Assembly: GCA_951406725.2 (NCBI GenBank)
Contig: OX597840.1
Coordinates: 13,082,001-13,146,000 of the forward strand
Length of the DNA stretch: 64,000 nucleotides
Source: Octopus vulgaris
Taxonomy: Eukaryota
Direction of reading: 5' to 3'
Position 1 is the stretch's first letter. Each line of letters opens with the position of its first letter. Position numbers and translations under genes: made by a program. The notes beneath the pieces are model-generated. The model was not told where the DNA came from. It did no database searches and worked only from the letters and a program-made list of their open reading frames with translations. Shown here piece after piece: positions 39,430 to 51,691 of the stretch.

Positions 39430-39680
39430 CCATGATGATCCTGTTGAGGACGTTTGATCTCAACCACTTAGACTACTGCTCCCAACTATGCTCACCACTC
39501 TGCATCACACAGGATAAAATTAATGGCAGAACTCAAAGTAATCCAGTGAAGTGCCATGAAGAAAATGGTCTTAATGTGTCTGGTCAGCTAATGGGAAAGG
39601 CTGAAAAACTTAAGACCCTACTTCCTAGGGCTGCATATCATTAGGAAGAGTATCCAATTATGGAAATCATGCTAAAGAAT
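39430..39680 (+). mobile_element. Degenerate CR1/Jockey-type LINE ORF2 C-terminal fragment
   Basis: HLDYCSQLCSP ... (Y)WERLKNL motifs with frameshifts and stops. Confidence 0.65.
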
Positions 39681-39736
39681 GCATTGGATTTTGATGCAGT
39701 CCTGTGGATTGTCAGGTCCACTTGAACTGTCAAACC

Positions 39737-40201
39737 CAGTGGTTTTCAGTCAGAGTTCATGTGACCAATGAAGGTCCACATAAAAAATTTTTGGGATCTT
39801 CACATCAAAATGGTAAATTGGGGATCTGCAATAGTAATTTAAGGTCCCCCTGTGAAAAATTTGGTTTAGATGTATGTAGAAGGGCAGCCAGCCATAGACG
39901 CCATGCCAAATCAGACTGGAATCTGGGGCAGGTCCCCAGCTTGCCTACTTTGGTAAATCCATCAAACCCATGCCAGCATGGACAGTGGATATTAAATGAT
40001 GCTGATTGCAAGAAACATCTCAGTTTCTTTCTTTTATGTTTTACAGAGTTCAACCTACATGAATGTGTGAAAAACAAAATAGGGATTTTGAAATAAGTTT
40101 CTATAAAACTAGTTTTTAAACATTGAATGTCTATAAGGGGTCCACCAGAATAAAATAATAATCAAAGGGGTCCATAGATAAAAAATGGTTGAGAACCCCT
40201 G
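39737..40201. mobile_element. hAT-type MITE remnant with a nested family D fragment
   Basis: CAGTGGTTTTCA at the left and TTGAGAACCCCTG at the right (CAGGGGTTCTCAA TIR type). Confidence 0.5.
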
Positions 40202-40460
40202 ATCTGACCCATGCCAACATAGAAAACAGACATTACTCTCTTACTCTTTTGCTTTTAACTTATCCTTTACCTCTCCCTCATTTCTCCCACACCATTTATT
40301 CCTGTCTGTTTAATTGATCAATTTAATTAAATGGAAAAGCTATATTCCCTGAAGAATCGCAGATTGTTAGTAAAATATTTCATCTCTGTATTTGCATTTA
40401 AAAAAAACTTTTTTACATCTGTTTCATTTTCTTCCATCTTTTCTTTTTTGTCTTTTGCAG

Positions 40461-40691
40461 ATCGTAAGTTCTTAATCGCAAATGCTCAGGTTGAGAATAT
40501 ACCCATAATATTTTGCAACGATGGATTTTGTGAGTTGACAGGATATTCGCGGGCGGAGGTCATGCAAAAATCTTGCCTGTGTGACTTCCTTCACGGACCG
40601 CTAACAAATGCCTATGCTATTGTACAGATCAAAGAAGCTGTACAGGGATCTGAAGAAAAACAAGTGGAAATATTATATTACAAAAAGGATG
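40461..40691 (+). CDS. KCNH: Internal coding exon of an ERG-subfamily (KCNH2/6/7-like, EAG superfamily) K+ channel, N-terminal PAS domain; equivalent to hERG exon 2
   Basis: Polypyrimidine tract plus TTTTGCAG acceptor ending 40460; GTAAG donor at 40692; 231 bp, phase 1 at both ends. Translation [49 protein letters not shown]...[14 protein letters not shown] aligns colinearly with h[52 protein letters not shown]...EERKVEIAFYRKDG. Confidence 0.96.
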
Positions 40692-40949
40692 GTAAGACAT
40701 TTTTCTGTTTTTTTTTAATTTTATAATTTAAAAAACAACTGCAAAGGGTCAAAAAATTTTAAGCCTTTTACTGTAGAAATCAGATATATTCACTCAAAAT
40801 GTCATTACCCTTAACTGCAGAAAGCAGTTTTATATGCCATTCTGTCTTTTGTTCAGGAATGTCACATTTGGAAATTTTTTTGTTGAGATATGTCTAGCTT
40901 ATTGAGGCAACATGACTTGCAGAAAATACACAAACAATAATGCTGTAAC

Positions 40950-41700
40950 AAGATTTTTGTCTTTGGGTAGCAATTGTTATATCCTATTCGTTTACCCCTA
41001 GAAAGTATGGAAAATGGCTAATATCTCCTTCAAACTTTGCTTTCGCTATATTTATTCAAACCCCAAAGGATCCCTCTCAACATAGGGCTATGATGCTCTG
41101 CCACTACTCCTGCTTGTGATTTAGAGATGCACATATTGTCAGTCTCTAAGGGACATGCTCAACTGGTTAAGGTCAAGCATCTGACAAACAAAATCTGTGA
41201 TATTGAGCAGAATATTTGCTATAATGATACTTTTTGTCCTTGGGTAGCAACTGTTATTTCCTATTTGCTTATTCCTACAAAGTATGGAAAATAGCTAATA
41301 TTTCCTTCAAACTTTGCTTTTCTTATATTTATTCAAACCCCAAAGAATCTCTCTCATCACATGGCTATAACGCCTCCCCCACTACTCCTGCTCATATTCA
41401 GAGATGCTCATATTGTCAGCCACTAAGGGACATGCTCAAGTGGTTAAGGTGAAGCAACTGGCAAACAAAATCTGTGATATTAAGCAGAATATTTGCTATA
41501 ACGATATTTCTGCTTCAGCAACTCAGTGCTGAATCTGTGTAAAATGTAATGGAAAATAGGTCAACTTGAAAACATTGATGTCCAGGTGACAAAAGCAAAG
41601 TTTGAAGGGAATAATAATGATTTCCTTTAATTTCTAGATAGAGGCAAATAGAAAATAACACTTACTGACCACAATAGAAAAAAATATATAAGATTTTGTT
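40950..41700. repeat. MITE-like inverted repeat enclosing a 2x ~278-bp tandem duplication
   Basis: Units at ~40954-41231 and ~41232-41505; inverted arm at ~41590-41690 (AAAGCAAAGTTTGAAGG vs CCTTCAAACTTTGCTTT). Confidence 0.7.
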
Positions 41701-42563
41701 CCACGGTGTTATTTGGTAGATATCTTTCATTATTATTGGAATAATCATGAAATTTAACTTGGCAGCTAAAGAGTTACACTTTTACTGCAGAAATGAATTA
41801 TATCCACTCGAAATTTCATCAGCATTTAACCGCAGGAAACAGTTATATATACCAATCTGTCTTTTGTTGAGGGACTTCATGTTTGGAACTATGTTTCTGT
41901 TGATATATCTCCTTGAAAGATTCCACATTTGATGTGACTTCAGTGGTCCAACCATTCATATTTCAGTTCAAAAGATTGACAATATTGCATGCAATTCCAA
42001 GTATTTTCAAGCAACCCAGAATCTATGAACAAAGAACCATATCATATGCCTTCTGGTTGTCTATCCACACTGTCACTAAGGTCATGTTGTATCTTTTGCC
42101 CTCTTTCAAGACTGTCTTGTCCATTACCAGCTGATCTTTGACTCCTCTTCATTCATACTCTTTTACTTGTTTCAGTCATGTGACTGTGGCCATGCTGAAG
42201 CACTGCCTTTAGTCGAGCAAATCAACCCCAGAGCTTATTCTTTGTAAGCCTAGTACTTATTCTATCGGTCTATCTTGCCGAACTGCTAAGTGACGGGGAC
42301 ATAAACACACGAGCATCGGTTGTCAAGCGATGTTGTGGGGACAAACAGACACACATACATACACATATACATATATACGACGGGCTTCTTTCAGTTTCCG
42401 TCTACCAGATCCACTCATAAGGCTTTGGTCGGCCCGAGGCTATAGTAGAAGACACTTGCCCAAAGTGCCATGCAGTGGGACTGAACCCGGAACCATTTGG
42501 TTCGTAAGCAAGCCACTCCTACATGTTTACACCCTTTACACTCTTCCTGTTAAATGTTATTCT

Positions 42564-42882
42564 GGCACATGGCTTAGTGGTTAGGGTATTCAGCTCATGA
42601 TCATAAGGCCGTGAGTTCAATTCCCAGCGATGTGTTGTGTCCTTGAGCAAGAAACTTTATTTCACATTGCTCCTGTCCACTCAGCTGGCAAAAATGAGTA
42701 GTACCTGTATTTCAAAGGACCGGTCTTGTTGCATTCTGTGCCATACAGAATCTTCCTGAGAACTACATAAAGGGTACACGAGTCTGTGGAGTGCTCAGCC
42801 ACTTGCATGTTAATTTCATGAGAAAGCTGTTCCGTTGATCTGATCAACTGGAAACCTCATTGTCGTAACTGACGGAGTGCCA
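42564..42882 (+). mobile_element. tRNA-derived SINE family G
   Basis: TGGCTTAGTGG A box, GTTCAATTCC B box; related copies at 7305-7563 and 35020-35680 (-). Confidence 0.85.
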
Positions 42883-44092
42883 GTATCTCTTCTGGTCCAT
42901 GAACACATACTGTTCATCTGGCAGTATTTTGGCCAACAGCATCCCTGTGATGGACAGACAAGGTTATTGGCCTAAATTTGTCAACAGAATCTCTACTTGA
43001 TGCTTCTCTTTGGCACAATATTATTCTGTCTCTGGTCATCCAGCCTGGAATTCCTTTGTGGTCTTGAAGGAATACGTTTAATCCTTCCACTATCCTTTCA
43101 TGAGTGAAGGCTCATGGCTCAGTGGTTAGAGCATCAAGCTTACAATTGTGAGGTTGTGAGTTTGATTCCTGGACCATGCTGTTTGTTGTGTTCTTGAGCA
43201 AGACACTTTATTTTCATGTTGCTCCAGTTCACTCATCTGTAGAAATGAGTTATGCATCACTGGTGCCAAGCTGTATCAGCTTTTGCCTTTCCCTTGGATA
43301 ACATTGGTGGCATAGAGAGGAGAGGCCGGTATGCATGGGCGACTGCTGGTCTTCCATAAACAACCTTGCCCGGACTTGTGCCTCGGAGGGTAACTTCCTA
43401 GGTGCAATCCCATGGTCATTCATGACTGAAAGGGGTCATAATAATCATTTCATGACATTCTGTAAATTTCTTCACCCAGTACCCCTGAACCCTATCTGGG
43501 CCTGTTGCTTTCCACTTGCCCATCCTCCTTGCTTAAAGTCTTCTTGCCAAGAATTTACGTTGGTTTGTTTTACACGATGTGTACCACTCTGCCTTAGTGT
43601 TCTGTGTTTCCTCTTTCCCGCTTGTCCCAGAGTCTTTAACTGTTTTTTCCACATTTGGGATGTATGTATCTTTCTCTATTTCTACATTTACTCTTCAATA
43701 AATAATTTTTTGTGAATTTTGAAGTCTGTCTGTGCTGTACTGTTTAATTCTCTCATCATATCGAGCGATTTTTCTGCCTTTTTTTTTGCTCTCATCTTGC
43801 ACTTGTTGTTTTAGTTCCCCAATAACCATCAGCAACCTTTTGAAATCAATATCAGATCTTTGTTTCAACATGTTATACCTGTGCTGATTCTGCAGTTCTT
43901 CTTTTCTCTTCCTCCTCCTCCTCCTTCTCCCCCTTTGGTATTGTCTTCATACCAAAGACTTAACAAGCAACAACCAGTAACCTAGGGTGGACATTGTTGT
44001 GTAATGTTATTAGTCAGCACAGCTTCCTGTACTCTTGGGTTTTCATTCTCCAGCTTAAGTAATAACAGAGGGGAAGAAGTTTCCGGAATATA

Positions 44093-44324
44093 TATTTCTT
44101 TATTGCCCACAAGGGGCTAAACATAGAGGGGACAAACAAGGACAGACAAAGGGATTAAGTTGATTACATCGACCCCAGTGCATAACTGGTACTTTATTTA
44201 TCGACCCCGAAAGGATGAAAGGCAAAGTCGACCTCGGCGGAATTTGAACTCAGAACATAGCGGCAGACGAAATACTGCTAAGCATTTTGCCCGGCGTGCT
44301 AACGTTTTTGCCAGCTCGACGCCT
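44093..44324 (-). mobile_element. Young SINE B with 14-bp TSD
   Basis: GTTTCCGGAATATA at 44079-44092 and 44325-44338. Confidence 0.92.
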
Positions 44325-44369
44325 GTTTCCGGAATATAGATTACAAAGACAAGAACTGATGTAAAGCAT

Positions 44370-44805
44370 GAACCTTGTTAGTTAATACTATTTCCTTGAT
44401 TTTGTATATGCTAGATATTCCTAGAATTTTTCCAAGGAAACCACTGATGGTTTTCTTGGACCCTAAGTAATCCAATCACAACTGGTATTGTTTCCATCTT
44501 CATGTGCCGCATCTTACTTATTTCAATTTCAAGGTCTTTATACTTGAAAAGTTTATGGTATTCCTTGCCCGGTACATTTTTGTCAGATGGTAGTGACATA
44601 TCCATAAGTAGGCAGGTCTAGTTTATGGTGTCCTTAGTAATAATATCTGGTGTCCTTAGTAAATATATCTGGTGTTCTTACTAATAATATCTGGTGTCCT
44701 TAGTAATAGTATCTCATGTCCTAAGTAATAATATTTTGCAGTAGGTTCCAAAAATTGTAATGTTGTTATTTTTAACTGCTGGTTTAAGTTAGTGTTCATA
44801 CCAGC
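44370..44805 (-). mobile_element. R4/Dong-like RLE retrotransposon fragment
   Basis: WYEH...; PDIITKD..TCLLMDMSLPSDKNVPGKEYHKLFKYKDLEIEISKMRHMKMETIPVVIG. Confidence 0.8.
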
Positions 44806-44855
44806 TTTTTTTTTTTTTTTTTTTTTTTGCATGTTATAATGATTAAGGTGACAAA

Positions 44856-45750
44856 AGGCAGTGAGTTGGCAGAATTGTTAACACACTGGGCAACATACTT
44901 AGCAACATGTCCATCTTGTTCAGAGTTCAAATTCCACTGAAGACAACTTTGCCCTTCATCCTTTCGGGGGTTGATAAATTAAGCACCAGTGATACACTGG
45001 AGCCGATATAATCAACTAGCCCCCTCCCACCAAATTTCAGGCCTTGTACTTTTAGTAGAAAAGATTATTATTATTATTATTATTATTCATTATGTTTTGT
45101 GTTCAAATTCTGCCAAGGTTGACTTTGCCTTTCATCCTTTTGGGATCAATAAATTAAGTACTAATGAAATACTGGGGTCGATGTAATTGACCATTTCCCT
45201 CGGCCAAATTTCAGGCCTTGTGCCTTTAGTAGAAAGGATTATTATCATTATTATTATTATTATCATTATTATTATTATCATTATTATTATTATTATCATT
45301 ATTATTATTATCATTATTATTATTAAGGTGGCGAACTGGCAGAATGGTTAGCACGCCAGGTGAAATGCTTAGTGGCATTTCATCTGCCTTTACATTCTGA
45401 GTTCAAATTCTGCCAAGGTTGACATCGCCTTTCATCCTTTCGGGGTCGATAAATTAAGTACCAGTTGCATACTGGGATCGATCTAATCAACTGGCCTCCT
45501 CCCCCAAAATTTCAGGCCTTGTGCCTAGAGTAGAAAGACTATTTTTATTATCATTAAGGCAGCGAGCTGGCAGAATCGTTAGCAAGCTACGCAAAATGCT
45601 TAGTGCAATTCGTCCATCTTTATGTTCTGAGTTCAAATTCCACCAAGGTCAACTTTGCTTTTTATCTTTTTGGGGTCAATAAATTAGGTACTAGTGAAAT
45701 ACGGGGGTTGAGTAAATCAACTAGTCTCCTCCCCCAAAGTTTCAGGCCTT
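44856..45750 (+). mobile_element. Head-to-tail SINE B array
   Basis: Four copies separated by (TTA)n. Confidence 0.85.
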
Positions 45751-46439
45751 ACTCTCTATTTCACTCTTTTACTTGTTTCAGTCATTTGACTGTGGCCATG
45801 CCTTTAGTTGAGAAAATCGACCCCAGGACTTCTTTATAAGCCTAGTACTTATTTTATCTGTCTCTTTTGCTGAACCACTAAGTTATGGGGACGTAAACAC
45901 ACCAGCATTGGTTGTCAAGTGATGTTGGCGGGGGACAAACACTGACACACAAACATACACACACACTCATATATACTACATACGACGGGCTTCTTTCAGT
46001 TTCTGTCTACCAAATCCACTCACTTGGTCGGCCTGAGGCTTTAGTAGAAGACATTTGCCAAAGGTGCCATGCAGGTGGACTGAACCTGGAACCGTGTAGC
46101 TGGTAAGCAAGCTACTTACCACAGAGCCACTCCTCCACCTATGTGCCTGTGGTAGAAAGGATTATTATTATGTTGGATTGGCAGAGTCCACGTTCTTTGA
46201 TAGTGTAGCCCTAGGTAGACCATGCCAAAAGAAAAGACAGGATGGTCATAGCTGGAAGATGTTTGGTTATTAGCTCTGCTGTGTGAGCAACTGTCCCGAA
46301 GCTTAAATAACAATAACAAGGAAGAGCACATTAGATAATGTAATTCGAGGTGTACTTGTCCCAGACTAAACAGTAATAACAGCAGCAACAGCATCAACAT
46401 GGAAGCTATGTCAAGGGTGTGTTGGGTGGAAGTCTATTT

Positions 46440-47546
46440 ATTACTCCTCCTCCTTGCCCCACTTCCCGGTTCTGCCTCAGTCTACTCCCTTTCTCTTCCT
46501 ACTCCTCTTCCATCACTTCTATCCTCCTCCTCTACTCTTTTCTTCTCTTACAGCCCTTTCTCCTCCTCATCCTCTCTTTCTCATTCGCTTACTTTCTTTA
46601 CTCTTCTTTCCTCTCCTCTTTGTCCCCAATGTTCTTCCTCCTCTTCTTCTTCCATCTCCCCCTCCCCATACTCTCCTCCCACCTCCACTCCTTCCTACAC
46701 CCCTTCCTACTTGTCTCTTTCCTTCTCCACTTCCTCTACCTACTCCTCTTCCCTTTAATCTAAAAACTATATTGCATGAATTCAATTTATTCCTCCTCCT
46801 TCTCCTCCTCCTCTTCCCTTTCTTCCTTCTCTTTCACTTTCTCCTCTTCTAACCTCTGTCTTTTCTTCTCTTCCCCTTCCTCTTATTTCTTCTTTCTCCT
46901 CCATCACCTCTCTCCCCACCTTTCCTCCCTTCCTCTCTCTCTCTTTTCCCTCCTCTTTCTCACCCTTTCACCCTCCCTCTTCTCCCCTCCTTTTCCTCTT
47001 TCCTCTTCTCCTTAATCCTTTGTTTCCCTTCTCTATCTCCTTCCCTCTCCCTTTTCTCCTCCTCTCCTCTTTCTCCTTTTCCTCCCCATCTCTCTCCCCT
47101 CCTCCTCTTCTTTCTTCCACCTTTCTCTCTACTCTTGGTCCCTCCTCCCCTTCCTTTCCTCCTCCCCTTCCTTTCCTCCTCCCCTTCTTCCTATTCCCCT
47201 TCATCTCTCCTCCCCTTCTTCCACCCCTTCTCTCTCCCTTCCCTTCTCCTCCTCTTCCCCCTCCACTTCCTCGTTTCTCTTCCTCCCCTCTTCTGTCTCC
47301 TCCCACTTCTGTCCCTGACTCTTCTCTCCATCCTCTCTTCTCTCCCCTTCTTCCACCCCTTCCCTCTCCCTTCCCTTTCTTCGCCTCCTCTTCCTCGTCC
47401 TCCTCCCCTTCCTCGTTTCTCTTCCTCCCCTCTTCTGTCTCCTCCCACTTCTGTCCCTGACTCTTCTCTCCCTCCCCTCTTCCCATCTTCTCTCCCCCTC
47501 CCATCTTCTCCCCCTCCTCTCCACACCACCACTCCTCCCTCCCTCT
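46440..47546. repeat. ~1.1-kb polypyrimidine/polypurine tract
   Basis: C/T-dominated + strand with an internal ~64-bp direct repeat (47266-47329, 47408-47471); similar tracts at 27150-27600 and 31345-31900. Confidence 0.92.
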
Positions 47547-48145
47547 AATGTCCTTGTTGTATCTTCTGATGCTTATATATTTACCCCTGAATCAACAACC
47601 CCCAGCAAACGTCTTCTCATTTATCTCTTTCTTCCTTCGTTTATTTATTTTCTCTTTAGAAAATAAATAACATCCATTTCTGTTTTTTTCATTGCCTCCG
47701 TTTTGCAGACGAAAGGAAATTTATTCCACCTCACACTTCGTCACTTCAGCACATCTATTGCCCCATTTCTGTGTGTGTGCCTGTAATATATGTTATATAT
47801 GTGTGTATGTGTATGTATATGTGTGTGTGTGTATGTATATATATATATATGTGTGTGTGTATGTGCGTGTGTATATGTGTATGTGTATATACATGTGTGT
47901 GTGTGTGTATAAATGTGTATATACATGTGTGTGTATATAAATATGTGTATATAAATGTGTATATATATGTGTGTGTATATAAATATGTGTATATACATGT
48001 GTGTGTATATAAATATGTGTATATACATGTGTGTGTATATAAATATGTGTATATACATGTGTGTATATATATATATATACGGAGAATTCACAAAAAACAA
48101 AGACAAAAAATGTATATATATGTGTGTGTGTGTGTATATACATGC

Positions 48146-48179
<34 letters not shown>

Positions 48180-50193
48180 ACTCTACCTCACGTTTCATAA
48201 TTTCAATGCTATGTCATCTTATATACTGTTGTATGAAGCTACTTTCTGCAAATCTTTGAAGAATCAATGCTGCACATGTCTGTTTATATATTGATTCCAA
48301 ATTTTGGCAACAGACCAGGAATTTTGGGTGGTGGAGAGTAAGCTGGTTATATCGTCGACCCCAGTATTCAACTGGTACTTACTTTATCGACTCCGAAAAG
48401 ATGCAAGGAAAATTTGACTTTGGTGTAATTTGAACTCAGAATGGGAAGAGGGCCAGAAATGGTGCTAAACATTTTGTCCGCTGTACCAGCGATTCTGCCT
48501 TGTGTGTGCGTTTATATATCTTTTACCTTTTACTTGTTTCAGTCAATAGACTGCGACCATGCTGGAGCACTGCTTTAGAGAAATTTTAGTCGAATGTATC
48601 GACCCCGGGACTTATATTATTTACAGACTGGCACTTGTTCTGTGAGTCTCTTTTGCCAAACTGTTAAGTTATGGGAACACAAACACACCAGCACCTGTTG
48701 TCAATAAGTGGTGGGTGGACAGACAGACAGACACACACACACACATACACACACACACATAGGAAGAACTTCTTTCAGTTTCCGACTTCCAAATCCACTC
48801 ACAAAACATTTTTTGGTCCAAGGCTACAGTAGAAGATAGTAATTGTTCAGTTTAGGGATATTAAAAAAGTAAATAAAAATTAAGGGGGAGATAACTAGTA
48901 AAGGGATATTAAATAAGTCAACTTACTATTAACATAAATACCGTAGTAAGGTAACATGGTGAATTACAATTTTTGCACGTGTATAAATTCATAATTAGTC
49001 AACGCCATGCCAACCACCGAAGAATCTTGTCTCGTGATTCAGCTAATTGGGTGATATTCCAACATTCGTCCTAGATTGATTCACAGTTGAGGATTTAAAT
49101 TTCAGGAACAATAAATTGTGGTCCTACTGGTCTTCCATGTGCCATTCTGATCAGTTCTAAAGTAAATAATATCCAATATTTATCATCATCATCATCGTTT
49201 AACGTTCACTTTCCATGCTAGCATGGGTTGGACGATTTGATTGAAGTCCGGCGAACCAGATGGCTACACCAGGCTCCAATCTTGATCTGGCAGAGTTTCT
49301 ACAGCTGGATGCCCTTCCTAACGCCAACCACTTCGAGAGTGTAGTGGGTGCTTTTTACGTGCCACTGGCACGGGGGCCAGTCAGGCAACGACCTCGCTCG
49401 ACCTTTGTTAACAATAAGTTGACTTATTTATGTCCCTTTACTAGTTAACTCTCCCTTAATTTTTATTAACTTTTTTGATATCACTAAACTGAACAATTAC
49501 CATAGAAGACACTTGCCCAAGGTGTCATGCAGTGGAATTGAACCCTAAACCATATATGGTTGGGAAGCAAGCCTCTTACTACGGAGCCATGCCAGAATCA
49601 TTTACACATATAATTTTCCATGTTTGTATGGTTTGGCTGAAATTTGTTGTTGTGATTTTTCTAGGGCCAGAGGCCCTTCCCGTCACCAACCCTATGCCTG
49701 TTTTAATGCAAGACAATATATAGTAGGAGACATTTGCCCAAGGTGCCATGCAATGAGATTGAACTCTCAACCTTCTTACTTCAGAGCCATGCCAGCATCA
49801 TTTTAACATATAATTTTCCATATAATTATGGGTTGGCTGGAGTTTGTTGAGGTCGATTTTCTAGGGTCAGGTGCCCCCCCCCCCTGTCACCCACCCTTGC
49901 TTGCCTCCATGCAATGTAATATTTGCCCACAACCAAACATCCTTTCAAAAAAGACTAGTAATGAAAGACACTGCTTGTGTGTTGGTAACATCCGTTTACA
50001 ACTATCACTGAATGTCAAGACAAGAAAACTGGAACACACATACGTATATAAAAGGGTAATGACCCCTTTCAGTCTCCTTTCATAAGGGCCACTTACGCTT
50101 AGGTGCATTTAACAAAGTAGATACTCAGGTGTCACTTGATGGCGATTGTCTTCATCTGAAATTTTTGAAACACCAATTGATGATGTCTGTCAT

Positions 50194-51176
50194 TTAATCC
50201 ATTAGCATTCAGATTAGCATTCAGGTTAGTCTGTTGAATGTTATGCTTATGAGGGGGTACCCAAAAGGAAGCTGGAATTTTACAATATTTCTTTTATTCA
50301 CTTAGTGTTTATTCACATTGATTTGAATTAATAAAGCATTATCTTGTAGCTCTGACAATTGCAGTGTGGAAGGTGTTTGTAAGCCATTTAAGAAACACAC
50401 AAAAGCCGTTCGATTCACTTCAACATTGAAGTTTAATTTGTCAAAATATTTTCGTCGCTATAAGACCGCGACCTGTTCACTGTCAAAAATCCGTGCTGCA
50501 ATTGTTTTCGTTCCAGCACACGATCTCAGATCAAATCACTTGCTATGCAAGTACATCTCCGTAATTGTAGCTCTGAGATTTCGATAAAGTGATTGCATAT
50601 TATTAGGATGACATTGTTGGGTAGGTGTGAGGGGCCAGATCTGGCCAGATTCAACATAAAACAGGTAGAAAATTTGGGGCCAAATATCATTATTATCATA
50701 ATTTAACATTCATTTTCCATGCTGGCATGGGTTGGACAGTTTGACATGGAGCTGGCCAGACACCAATTGTCTGTTGTGGCATGGTCTCTACAGCTGGATA
50801 CCCTTTCTAACACTGACCGCTTTGTAGTGTGTGCTTGATGCTTTTTACATGCAACTGGAATGAATGTGTTTATGCAGCCCTGGCATCTGTAAAGGACAGT
50901 TTGAATGGCCAGTTGAAATATCTATTTCTTTATTGCCCACAGGGGGCTAAACATAGAGGGGACAAGCAAGAACAGACAAAGCGATTAAGTTGATTACATC
51001 GACCCCAGTGCATTACTGGTACTTATTTAATTGAGCCTGAAAGGATGAAAGGCAAAGTCGACCTCGGCAGAATTTGAACTCAGAACGTAACAGCAGACGA
51101 AATACTGTTAAGCATTTCACCTGGTGTGCTAACGATTCTGCCAGTTCACTGACCGGTTGAAATATTAAGGGGTTAA
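50194..51176. mobile_element. piggyBac-type MITE (TTAA ends) with several nested insertions
   Basis: TTAATCCATTAGCATT at the left and AATATTAAGGGGTTAA at the right form imperfect TIRs with TTAA. Confidence 0.5.
50437..50487 (-). ncRNA. Minimal type-I hammerhead-like motif, G3-C8 core variant
   Basis: Minus strand: TTTGACA GTGAACA G GTCGC-GGTCTTATA-GCGAC GAAA ATAT TT TGACAAA. Stems I and II pair (one mismatch in stem I); stem III is the palindrome AATATT. Confidence 0.55.
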
Positions 51177-51691
51177 AGGTTAAAGAATTTGTCACCTCCT
51201 CTGTCAGTTCTGGATAGAAGTCTTCTGAAGGTTGCTTGTAATGTGGTGCAAAATCTTACACTGTAAAAGAGTAAGTGTTATGACATAACCTTGTTTCACA
51301 CCTTCTCAGACAGAAAATAGTGCAACAGCCTCAACTACGAGGAATTACATCATGTAATTGGTGCAGTATTTGCACAAACATGCTTGGATAATCATATTTG
51401 GTAAGGATTCTCTACAGACAATTATGATACCTTGTATCAAAAGACTTAGATCAACATAGATTATATATAGGGCCTGATTCAGCTTTATACTTTCTTCCTG
51501 GGTCTATCGTCTGTATAGATCATATCAGTAGTGCCTCTGTCAGTGCAAAAACAAAAAAAGAACGCATACGTTCACGTGTGGTGAATATATTATCTAAATT
51601 ATGCAAAAATGAAAATAACACTGACATCTCATTTCAACAGATATATTTACCAAAATTACATAAAAATATCTTGAAATACTGAAGAGTAAAT

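Noticed and set aside
40331-40460. ATG-initiated N-terminal extension of the PAS ORF
   Set aside because: Open frame through the intron and polypyrimidine tract; homology starts exactly at the AG acceptor.
43440-43940. Purine-rich minus-strand segment that looks like decayed coding sequence
   Set aside because: No recognisable motif, several stops, no supported splice sites.
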